A stretch of 64,000 nucleotides of DNA from Octopus sinensis (Eukaryota): NCBI RefSeq assembly GCF_006345805.1, contig NC_042997.1, positions 139,934,001 to 139,998,000 of the forward strand, read 5' to 3'. The notes beneath the pieces were generated by a model, which was not told the origin of the DNA, did no database searches, and saw only the letters and a program-made list of their open reading frames with translations. Each line of letters opens with the position of its first letter. Positions within the stretch are counted from its first letter, which is position 1. The position numbers and the translations under genes were made by a program. Below, piece by piece: positions 13,081 to 24,260 of this stretch.

Positions 13081-13724
13081 AGGTGCAGTTTCCAAAGCAT
13101 CGTTAGTCTTTTATAGACATTATCTCAGTGAACGTTCTTGTTGCTACATTCATATTTGATGTTTTTATAGCATTTAGGAACTTTCTATTGAAAATGAATG
13201 TTAGCATGTCCTGTTGCTCTTGGTATGAACCCCGAATCTCCATAAATGTGTTTGATTCAGATGTATCATTATCCTTTTCAATGCTCCTCATTGTAGGTTG
13301 GTTAATACCATCAACAGTATCACTGAGTATTTTCAGAATATTCATCCAATATGTTTCACTACAGTAGCTGCACTTGCAATTAATCCCATAGCTCCACTAT
13401 GTACAGTTTTGTTGATGAACTGTTCGTCTATGTCTCAAGTCCCATTAGACTCATTTTCATAAGCTTGGTCATGTTCTTTGGCTACTTAGTCAAGTCTCTT
13501 TTTTGGGACATAGAATCCTTTCTTATGCAAGTGTGTACTGTATCCTAAGAAGTCATATTTTGGCCAATGGTATTCTGTCATCATCAGCATCTTTCTTTAA
13601 CTTCTTCCTTGGTGGTGGCATGTACCCAACTGTACCTTTTTTGCTTGTTTCTATTTATAGAATATATATCATAATTGTAATATTCTTATTGCAATTTATG
13701 GCATTGGTTATCAAATATAGACAA

Positions 13725-15107
13725 CTAGCAGCGTTGCCCGGGTATGTAAGAAACTTTGTCGATAAGCAATGCGCTTTACCTTTTTACCCTTTTTTGTACT
13801 CATTGAACCGTTATTTTGTAAAATGAAGCCTAAAAGGCATTCAAGGCACCGTTCCCTTGCATGCATGAAAAAAATCTATGATAGTCAAAGTGCATTTTCT
13901 GGTTTTGTTTAGCACACCCAACCCAGTTCTGCGGGATCAGTGTCGCGACAGGAATGCATGGGTTGGGAGTTTGACTGGCAGAGGTGATAAGGTTGTACAT
14001 GCCGGCCCTTTTGACCCCCCCCCAACCCAATTTGGGTTCGGACCACAGCTAAGCCCCACTTAATCCAGTCTAGTGAAAGGGGGCTCGGGAGCCTCTAGTA
14101 GGCAACGACTAATCCCGATCTAGTCCTTTCCCTGTAGGGAACGAAGGCACATGTGTAGGTTGCAACGTCTTCTCTTCACTCCAATACTTCTGTGTATACA
14201 ACGTTCCTAGCTGTTCCTTTGGGCGAAAGCATGAAAACATCATTGCGCCTCCCAATGCATGAACAGCCCATGTAGAGTTGACTGTGGGTGAAGCACTGTT
14301 CGCCCAAATGTAACTTGCCGCTGCAGCAGCGATTAGCATAAGTATGCCAAGGTTATGTTGTCTGGTCATGTTTTGTCTCGTTGACTGCTTGAAGTGACTG
14401 TGTTGGGGGTAAAGTCTCGGAGGTAAGTTCTTCCTGGTAGGAATTGGTTCACCAAAACTTAGGTTAGTCTGGAGGTTTCAATGTAATCTTTGGTTTGTAT
14501 GTGGGATACCTTGAAGATTAAGTCTGCGTCCCCTAGACCGTCTGTGGTTTGTGTTTAATACACAAATCGGTTTGCTATGTGTGCCACATATGATGTAATT
14601 AACCGATTTTTTTCCAGTAATAACGTATCCTATTGAAATAAAAAGGGTCATATAGCTCCTTGGAGCAGACATGATGCTCGCTGTGAATTTTTAAAAAAAT
14701 TCTTGCCATTTGTTAAAGATATTGTTGAAAATATGTCATCTTGAATTTGAACGCGATTTCCCAAAATGGCATGATTTTATCGATTTTTTTTCGATGGTAA
14801 GGTATTGCATGGAAAACTAACATTAGAATTAAGTTCCTTAGGGTAACATTAAGCTTCACCATGAGTTTGGTGAAAATCAACTGCAAGTTGCGAAAACTAC
14901 AACGGAAAATGTGTTGCATATGATAAGCTTAGATTCTCGACCCCATGCCGAATTTATTGATTTTTTTTCAGAACTGGGGGAACTTTTCAAAATTTTCGCT
15001 GCGTTAGTTTTGAATTATGTGTGTGTCAAGTTTCATCAGAATCGGTTGAACAGGGTACAACCTGACAGACACACAGACAGACAGACTGCCTTTTATATAT
15101 GTAGAGA
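13725..15107 (-). mobile_element. Internally deleted Helitron (1383 bp) retaining the helicase C-terminus
   Basis: 5' A|TC at 15107 (tctctacatatataaaaggcag) and 3' cccgggcaacgctgCTAG|T at 13725. 14176-14313 encodes LHLGEQCFTHSQLYMGCSCIGRRNDVFMLSPKGTARNVVYTEVLE*, homologous to the RepHel end at 52910-53046. Confidence 0.85.
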
Positions 15108-15479
15108 TGACCAAATCACCTGTCTGGTGTTACATCATCCCAGTTTTTCATATTTACATGTTTGTTTATAACAAATATTTCCCCCACCTTGCTGTATTTA
15201 TTCTAACAGGCTAAATGTAGAGGTGTTGCAATACCATTATAATTGCACCAGCCTTTGATAATATTTTCTTACTGAAATTATTATGACCAATGACACGTTA
15301 GTAACTAATTTATGGTGAGAATTGTATAGTGTAATTCTTGAGATCTTAATTGATGATTGTCTTTCACTACTGTTGTAATGAACACAGGATACAGTGACTT
15401 TCCATATCACTGTATGGTATATGATATGGTTTCAGATATTTTTACCATTGTTTTCAGCAACAGCTGGTACAGTAACCAG

Positions 15480-16630
15480 TAGTTGTTGTAATGCTAGCTT
15501 GAGACTGCAGCAACATTTCTTCTCTGGTACTGTATATATTATGGCAAGTACTATAGGGAGATGTTTCCACACCTTACCTGCACTAACAGTTTTGCCTCTC
15601 TGTTACAGTGTCTATTATCACTATTCTTGCACAGAGATATTTTCATGCCTTATACCAGCTTCTGATTGCAATAACATATTCACCGAGTTACTATGTTTAT
15701 TATAACAGTCCCTATAACACTAGAATGTAACAACTTTGCTTTCATGTTGCTGTATCAACTATGACAATCTCTAAATATACATGTTTTTTCACTATACTTC
15801 CACCAGCTACAAACATCTCCAAAGTGATGTTGTATCTATGACAAGCTTTATTACTTGGAGTTGTTTTCTTACCTTATCCACACCAGCTTGAGATTATAGT
15901 AATATCTCTATTCTGGTTCGGAGTCTATCATGACAAACCCTGTATAAAGATGTTTTCACACACTACACCAGCCAGAGATTGTAATATTTCTTCTGTAATG
16001 CTGTATCAATTATCACACCTATTTTTTATATTATCTACAGACCTTAGTAATTTACAGTATATACTACAGTGCTGAGACCATTTTATGTGAAGGATCCCCT
16101 TCAGAAGGGAAAAGATATCCATTTTGGATAAGGACCCTATTTTTGTCAAAGATCTAAGATTTACACAGTGAAGAAATTGATGATATGGCTAATCTTAATT
16201 GTCATTAAATTTTTCATAATCTCTTTTGAACTGTTTGTAAATGAAACTGCTCTGATACTGCTTTGTTTTGTTGAAGCTGGTTTACTGAGTTCTTGTCTAC
16301 AGAGCATGTCATGACTCCTGATCTGATTTGGTGTATCTTCCTTTATGCGTATGCAACTGCTTCTGCCATAGTCATCATGACATGAGCTATGTAGGAGTGC
16401 TTTTTGCACCATACCTAGTGTCTGTATTTACATCAACTACAGACTGCAGTAACATCTCTACTGTTTTACTGTATCCATCATAACATGGATTGTGTAGAGG
16501 TATTAGCACTACACTTTGTGATTCTATTCCAGCTACTGTTTTACAGTATCCATTATGACCTGCACTATGTAGAAGTATTTTAATACAATACCCAGTATTT
16601 ATACCTACACTGCTGCAGCAACTTCAAATT
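15480..16630. repeat. Degenerate ~80-85 bp tandem repeat array, interrupted at about 16030-16410
   Basis: (c/t)accagc anchors at 15493, 15653, 15801, 15881 and 15966 (spacings 160, 148, 80, 85). Same unit at 16410-16630. Confidence 0.65.
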
Positions 16631-16639
16631 TTTCACAAT

Positions 16640-17060
16640 ATCTTTGTGATTTGGATCCTTCTAACCTAAAAACTTTGGAATTACTTTTGAATAAAACTGA
16701 AACCCCTTCGTACAAGTTGTTCATTGTACTATCAAATTCTGCATCAGAAATTTTTTCAGTATCAGGACCATATATTGGCTTTCAATTTAATGTCAAACAA
16801 ACCAAGAAACTTTTGGCATAAATACATGAAATAGGCTCCAATCTTTTGATGGAGCTTTGACAAATTGCTTTCTTAGTCCAAGTTTAATATGGTTCAGTTG
16901 TTGCAGTACTTTATCTGTATTCACTTTTTTCTGGGTTTTTTTCGGTTTGCTTATTCCTTCTAAATCCAATGTAAATTTTTAGCTCTGCTGTCTCAGTCAC
17001 AAAGAAAACAAATTTTGTATACTGAGCTAAGAAATACTGAACTTCCTGGTCCTCACTTAT
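16640..17060 (-). pseudogene. Chapaev3/CMC-like DNA transposase relic
   Basis: Frameshifted minus-strand fragments YTKF.FLCD*DSRAKNLHWI, VNTDKVLQQLNHIKLGLRKQFVKAPSKD and GPDTEKISDAEFDSTMN match the recalled consensus GYTKYCCFLCEWDSR...VLLPPLHIKLGLMKQFVKAL...GPQIRKL..D..F...M. Confidence 0.7.
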
Positions 17061-17792
17061 GAACCAGTAGTGTTCATAATAATTTTCTGTGAAATGTAAA
17101 ATTTTGGTGGGTTTTTTTTGGTAAATACTGTAATCCTCTGAATTTACTAAAGAAATATTGAAAAAAAATAAGAAGAAAATTTTTTTCTTTTAAATTTCAG
17201 GAAGGAAAAATACTTTCATTTTAGAAGTGTGCATTGTGATAAGTAAAAGAAATAGATAACTTAGAAGTAATTAATTAGAAACAGCATTTAAAACCATATT
17301 AATTATAAAATATAAGGAATATATAAGAATCAGTGGAATTTTCCTGACTGTTACTTCATTTTCTCACACCATAGAAGTTTGAAAATATAGACCTGAAGCA
17401 TATCTTTTTCATTTTTTTTCCACGTGATTCTATTAAGTTCAGTGTACTTTCTGTGAATTTCATCATCTAGATCAATACTTTCTGATTATGTATAATAACT
17501 GAGTGTTCATAAATACTACCATTTATTTTATCAATGATATTGTACATATGCCACCCTTCGAATATAATGTGTGTCTTTGAAAGAATATGGTTTAATTAAA
17601 GACAAGAGAAACGGTGTTGTTTGGTCATGAACTGCTTGTGCAAAACATCTGTCACTTGTGCATTCAATACCACCAAATACTCTGTCCTGCATTGATTTTA
17701 TATTTATTGTATTACCTCAGAGAAATGGCTCTTGGTTATTTCTACTATTATAATAGTTTCATTTTTCAAGTCCATACTATCCAATTTCTATT

Positions 17793-18366
17793 ACATGGAA
17801 AAATACAAGCAAGAGAAATAATATTCTTAAGATTATAAACCTGGAAAAGTTCAGGACAAGTTATTACATCTGGTAAAGTACAGAACAAGAAAATTTTTAC
17901 TTAAAATATTGCAGCTAAGGATAAAATTTCAAATAAAATATTTAGATTTAGAAAATATTAGCTTTTATTAAAACTAAAAAATTTATTACAAGTTATTACT
18001 TGTTTCTTCTATTAAAAGTTAAAATTAACTCAAAATATTTTTTACACTTTAAAAATTCATTTTTTAAAATTATTAATTAATAATTAGAAATTTGAAAATA
18101 GGTTATAAAAAATAATAGTAGTACATAATTAGTTATATATTAGTTATCTACCTATAACAGCAAATTCAGTAAAATTTGCTTGAGTTATTGCCAAGTTTTC
18201 GTATTTTTAGTCTTGACTCAATGCCTATTTTTTACATAATGAATTTGCCTACCATATATACCATTCTACTTGTCCTGAACTTTTCCAAGTGTAATAAACT
18301 TGTCCTGTACTTTTCCAGGTTTATAATTTTGAGAATATTATTTCTCTTGCTCGAATTTTTCCATGT
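17793..18366. mobile_element. Foldback/MITE-like element with ~97-bp inverted arms
   Basis: 17793-17889 is the reverse complement of 18268-18366. Each arm holds two ctggaaaagt(t/a)caggacaagt-type direct repeats. No TSD found. Confidence 0.65.
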
Positions 18367-20086
18367 TATCCATGTTTTTTCCAGGCTATGCTATTATGCT
18401 AATTAATAATTTAAGATTTTACCTTATTGAAAATTGAATAATAAATTTAATAAATTTCTAAATATTATTTTAATTTTTTTCATTTTTATGATTAAATTAT
18501 TATTATTATTAAATTAAAATAAAAAGTCTAATCTAAAAAAAATAATAATAAGATTAGTATTTGAATTTTACCATCTTGAAGGTTGCAGCATGGCTCACCA
18601 ATCGGTTACAAACAAAAAGATCCCAAAACCATCAGTTACCAGGCTCACCTTAAGTAACCTAGATTTTGAGTTGGTGATAATAGCAATGACTGCTGCTGAT
18701 CTAGATCTACCAATAATGATTCAATACAACAGTAATTATGAAAGCATATCAGATACACACAAGTGAAAATTACCTACATTCCCATAAAACAAAAATTGAT
18801 ATATGAAAGCCTCTTTAAATTAACTTCGATGTTAAATAATAAGTTTAGAATTTAATTACTTTATAATAATGCCTTTTCTGGACAGCCTTACTGTGTGCCT
18901 TCAGGTCTGTTCATAGAGACAGTCAAAAATGACTATTCTTTCCCCAATAAAATTAGATGTGTATATCTGAAGCATATTAACACATTAATGAACTAGCCTG
19001 ATGAAATAATTAAAAAAAATGAAAGCAACTAAAAAGAAATCAGCAAAAGAAAAAAGCAGAAAGCAAGTAAGGCTGAAAGAGAAAATTAATAATAAAAGTT
19101 AAACTTATTTAAGTGCAATAGCATATTAAAAATTACTTTATTAATTAGATATTAAAGTTTTAAAAAAAGTTGTTGAATATAAGCACTTTTGACTAATGCC
19201 TTTTCTGAACAGCCTTACTACATGACTTCATTACTGCTCATACAGAAATGTCTATATTCTATCAAGTGAATTTGCAATTTTAGATAAAATAAAGTTATTT
19301 TTTATACAAATTTATTTTCTTGCAATTATTAATAAATTATATGCATTTTTATAAGCAAAAAATTATTGATTACATAAGGAACACCAACTACAATATAATC
19401 GTCTTGAATTTGCAACATTGCTCACCAAACAATAACAAATTGCAAGACCCTGAGTTAATGAAAATAATAATTGTTGTTAATTGAAATGAAAAATACACGT
19501 TTGTGTTATGTAATAAATGTAATCTAATTAACAATGGTCAATGACATAACTTCATTGCTAATAAAATTAAAAGTAATATAAAATATAATCACTTAAAATT
19601 GTACCTTTTCTGAATAGCCCTTCTTCATGATTCATAGAGACAGTCACAAGTGGCTATATTTTATTGAATAATTTAAATTGTTTAAGACAAAAATTAATAT
19701 GAAGTTATTTATAAAACCTTCATTGGAAAGCTGAAAAATTGGATTATTAAAACAAACTTGTTTACTTTGAGATTGTAGTGTTAAGAATCTCATTTTTTTT
19801 ATTTTGAAATCTTTTTATTTAAAATTTTAAAAAATAATTTTTAAAGTTTCCAATAACATTTTTTTCATAAAATAATTTTAAAAATTTTCTATATTTTGAA
19901 AATATTTTTTTTGCAACATTTTTCTTAATAAAAATTATGTATTTAAAATTAAAACTTTTCATGTTAAATTTTGCAATAAAAAAATAACTGTTATTACTAC
20001 CTTTAAATTACATATAAATATGAGTTTTCATAAAATAAAAAATATATTCTTTTAGTAAAATTATTTTTTTATTTTAAGGTTTAATA

Positions 20087-20616
20087 CTAGGTTGAGGAAA
20101 AAGTTTGTGCGCCGTGTTTAAATAATAAATTTTTATGCAAGAATTTATTCAAAAACAACTATTCTTCAAAATAAAGACCATCCTTTTCCATGACCTTCTG
20201 CCAATGATCTGCAAGCTTTTGGATTTGGTTAAAGTACCAATCCTTCGGCTTTGAACCGAAAAATTCTTGACAGGCTTCTTCAACTTCATTGAATGAGTCA
20301 AATCGGTGACCTTTCATAAAGTGCTGCATTGATTGGAAGATACTGTACTTAGATGGAGCAATGTCTGGACTATAGGCTGGATGTAGCAGAACTTCCGCAC
20401 CATCCAATTCTTCAATCTTGTTTCTGGTCTTTCTAGCAGTATATGGCTTTACTTTGTCTTGTTGAAACAAAGCGCATTTTTGACGAACAAGTCATAGGTA
20501 CTTTTTAACAGTGAGTCACCATTGGACATAACATGAACTGAATGAACACACATACCACAAAAATATATAAAAAAGCATTATTTTAATACGGTGCATGAAC
20601 TTTTTCCTCAACCTAA
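20087..20616 (-). mobile_element. Internally deleted mariner (530 bp)
   Basis: 32-bp imperfect TIRs (c/t)taggttgaggaaaaagtt..., TA TSDs at 20085-86 and 20617-18. ORF 20159-20470 has FQQD...HPAYSPDIAPSKY and the WQKVMEKDGLYFEE C-terminus. Confidence 0.92.
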
Positions 20617-20649
20617 TAATTTTCTTGCTTTCAAGTATTCATATTGTTT

Positions 20650-21431
20650 TAATTTTTTCTAAATAATAGATCTTCCACCAATTATTCTTTTCAAATTTGC
20701 AGAAAAAAAAACAAGCAAACACAGAAATGTGAGGGAAATTATTTTTAATACTGTTTATAGCTGCTTTCTCCAAGTCAACCAATTTATTTTACACTCAAAT
20801 TCATTTCTTTAATAAATTTAAATACCAAATCATAATTTGCTTCAGATTTACTGTTTGTTATGCAGTAAAGTAGAGGCGCTGTTTTACTTTCACAAATTAG
20901 TGCATGGATCGTGTATAACTGCTTACCTAAAGGAGCGCAGTCAAATGTTCCATCACAAAACCATAAAATTTCTAAATTTTTCACAGTATCAAATATAGAA
21001 ACCTCATCATTTGTATATAGTAAAAAAATTATCATCTCTTGATGTTTTAAACAATTCATCTTCATTAATAACTGGTCTTTCCCTTCGCACTGTACATTTA
21101 AAAGATTCCATTTTCGGTAAACATCCAGCAACGCTCAAGGGGATATTGGAAGCTACGGTTTCGACTATAGAGCTCAGCAATTGTTCAGCTCATCCAGCAA
21201 GAAGCTTTATTTCTTCCTTAACTTTTGCAGCGTGATTTTCTATCCGTGTAGGTGGATGTACATGTTCAGAATGAGTTGTGCTAATTTTATCATTAATCGT
21301 TGTCAGTCTAGCACTGCACAGTTTACAATTTGCGCATGTCCAGTAAGTCTTTTCTTTTCTGGTTCTATCAATTATATAGGTGTACCGTTGTTGAGAAGTT
21401 TTCTGCCTCATTCCGTTTTGATGAACTCCAT
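20650..21431 (-). pseudogene. FLYWCH-MULE (Mutator-like) transposase relic
   Basis: Start MEFIKTE at 21431; FLYWCH-type YWTCANCKLCSARLTT...EHVHPP; MULE WFCDGTFDCAPLGKQLYTIH...PLLYC and VDLEKAAINSIKNNFPHISVFACFF. Several stops and frameshifts. Confidence 0.85.
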
Positions 21432-21494
21432 GATCGATACTTCCGCATGCTGACTTATTGTCCAATTGGTGAATTGTCTGCACACGAAATAAAT

Positions 21495-21800
21495 ATTGAG
21501 TATTTCTTCTAAATCTTGGATCAGAGTGTTTTAATTTGTTTGTTATAAACATATAAGAGGGCACTTTTCCATACTGCCTATTGCAAGTGATCCCAAATTT
21601 TCCTTTAGGAAACAAAATAGGGAAACACATTAAATCCAAATTTGGATTGTCATCTTTCAACAAATTTCCTTCAACTTTTTTGATCTTGAAAATTTCAATA
21701 CCTTTTTCATTTGGTAAATTTGGATACATTTTTTGAACTGTATGATGCTTATAAATAGTATCAGCCTCTTGTTTGGACAAATAACAAATAGTCATCAGAC
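21495..21800 (-). pseudogene. Fragment of a Helentron/Helitron2-type RepHel N-terminal region
   Basis: NPNLDLMCFPILFPKGKFG...NKLKHSDPRFRRNTQYLF resembles the recalled LD..CFP.LYP.G..G...RL....+FR.N.QYLF motif upstream of the Rep domain. Confidence 0.6.
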
Positions 21801-22084
21801 TCAGTTGAGCTATTTTATCCAGTACATAAGACAATGTCATTGAGATCATTTGTTGTGTCAATTGCAATATCTTTGTAAATCTCATATGTGTAGTTACATA
21901 TATACATATACAAACAAAAGCAACAAAATCAGAAAGACAACTATGGCTAAAAATTCCTACAAATAATAGAGAAAAGAGTTAATAGGTAAATGTATAATGA
22001 AATTAATATGTAATAATAATAATAGTAATACTAATAAAAATTAAGTAATGAATATAATATATAATAAAATAATGATAATAATTT

Positions 22085-22260
22085 TGGCACAAGGCCAGCA
22101 ATTTCAAGTTTTGGGGCTAAGTCGATTACATCAACCTCAATGCTCAACTGGTACTTATTTTATCGACCCTGAAAGGATGAAAGGCAAAGTTGACCTCTGC
22201 AGAATTTGAACGCAAAGACATGAAATACTGCTAAGCATTGTGTCCAGCTTGTCGCCTTAA
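22085..22260 (-). mobile_element. SINE with Deu/Nin-like core, minus strand
   Basis: ctggtacttattttatcgaccctgaaaggatgaaaggcaaagttgacc. Other copies at 27300-27745, 29962-30183 and 63820-64000. Confidence 0.75.
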
Positions 22261-22859
22261 TAATAGTCATAACTAGCAGTACCTGTGGAAATTCCACAGT
22301 AAATATGAAAATTTTTAGATGATTGGCAGTTTGTATAACACTATAAAAATTAGTGTTTCATTTGAAATTGTATATTCTGTATTATTTTCATTTAAAAAGA
22401 AAACCTTTCAGTTCTTCTAGATGAGTTTGTAATCGAGGGGAATGACTTTCTCATTCTCTCAGCAATTAAGATGCTCATATATAAATTGAAGAGCTTCACA
22501 ATGATTACAAAGAATATTCGTGTCACCAATGTTGTATCTATCAACCATATATTTACAGTTTTTTTGACATTTTCTCATTTTCTATTCTATTTTGAACACA
22601 TTCACTTACCTGTTGTATTCGCTTTGATTTGTATTTTTTCTTCTACTTTGCTACTCCCATACTTGTTCTAGAGATTTGACCCTCTGCTTCTCTTTATATC
22701 ATCGTTTATACCATCTCATTCTTTCTCTTCTTGACTTACATCCTCTGCCATCCCCATTTTATAAAGAAACATCAATTTTCAAGCAAACAAACAATAAATA
22801 ATTGCACTTACATAAAAAAAATTTAGTTCAATAAAGAAAAAACAACTATGCATTTCACT

Positions 22860-24260
22860 CACTCATCTCATGTTGCCATCTCTTCAAGTGAAGTCAGCAC
22901 CCTTTCTGCCTCCACATGGGTGGTTGTTGTCACCACAAAATCATCCATGAAGCCCCTTATAGGATGTTGACAGTTGCCTAATTCCATTGTTGGTCCTTGG
23001 CCTTCATTATCAGCAGCTGTTATGAGGAGATTCATTTCCATGTTGAAAAGGATGGGGAAATTGTGCAACCAGTTATAATTCCTTTCTCCAGGTCTTCTCA
23101 CTGAATTGTAAAGTGGGCTGTTTTAAAGCATAACTAGATGCCTCCAAAGTAGCTGATAATTATTCTCTTAATGTACAGAGAAACATGGTAGTAATTGAGG
23201 GCTGCATATATGAGAGCATATATGCAATTGATCCATATGCATTTGCCAGACCACTGTCAACTTGACTTGCTTCTTTTGACCTCCCAGATCAACTGGCTGA
23301 GATCACTAGTAAAAAACCTGGAACCCCACCTTTCTGGATAGAGGTGTTTATGTGTCCATTCTTAGTCATGTATGAGGTCATCCTTTTGGCCAATACTGAA
23401 AAGAAAAATTTCCCTTAACACTCAGAAGGGAGATAGTCTTGAATTAGCTAGTGGCTGAGGAGTTTTCTTCCTTTGACACAAAACATCCTTCTGCCTTCTT
23501 TCAGCATGGTGGAATGATCCCCTTTAGCCAGTTCTTTCAGAATAGCATCTAGCCTCCAAAACACCTGTTGACATTTCTTGTATACTTTATAAGGTATACC
23601 ACTTCAGCCAGGAGCTGATCCTGATTTGGCCTTCTTCACCACTTCTTTCTAGGACGGACAGTTGATATTGAACTCGTTTCCTAGTAATTCAGCTCTAGTG
23701 GCTTTTGAGTTGACATCAATGCCTTGGTTTCTGAGGTTGTCATTGTGGATCTCCCTCAGAAACACTTCTATATCTTCTCTGGAGTTGGTGAATTTCCCTG
23801 ATTTGGCCTCAACCTACAGTATTCAGTTGAACCTAAAAAGATTCATAATAAACTGTGCTACTGGGTGCTTTTTGCCTTTCTAAGCTTGCTCAGACATTCA
23901 CAGAACTGACTTGTCAAGTCCTTGAAGCCTTCCCTTTTGTTGGCAGGGACTCTTATACTGCTTATTGAGGGTCTTGATTTCTCCCCTCAGGTGGTGCATC
24001 TCTGTTTCTCTTCAGCTAGCTTCTCTTTTTGATTTTTGTGTTCCGGAGCAATCTTACACCAAACTGAATGCAATAATTACAAGATCATTTACGTTTTGTT
24101 CAGCTGTTCCTGCTAGCATGCATTCCAACATTTTGTCATGGTCTTGGTCTAGTTGTTGCCATTCTTTCATTTCATTTATCTTGGGCCATTTGATTCAATC
24201 TCTCACTGGGCAAGATTAGTCCTCTCAGGTGGTTCACTCCTCCTAACAACATGAGGTGAC
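22860..24260 (-). pseudogene. Relic of an RLE-type (R2 group, HERO/NeSL-like) non-LTR retrotransposon RT
   Basis: Minus-strand motifs IKWPK, VVKKAKSGSAPG*SGIPYKVYKKC, TISLLSVKGKFFFSVLAKRMT, SIQKGGVPGF, LANAYGSI and HPIRGFMDDFVVTTTTHV. Confidence 0.8.

Noticed and set aside
13103-13400. 80-aa minus-strand ORF preceded by CKCSYC
   Set aside because: No recognisable domain or splice sites; it adjoins a Tc1 relic and cannot be supported as a gene.
14109-14369. 86-aa ORF with a signal-peptide-like N-terminus (possible Helitron-captured secreted peptide)
   Set aside because: It overlaps, in another frame, the clearly homologous Helitron helicase C-terminus, so it is a shadow ORF.
15380-15450. C2H2 zinc-finger linker-like DNA (ccatatcactgt / gaaaccatatca)
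   Set aside because: Only 12-nt matches in both orientations, with no C-x2-C/H-x3-H frame.
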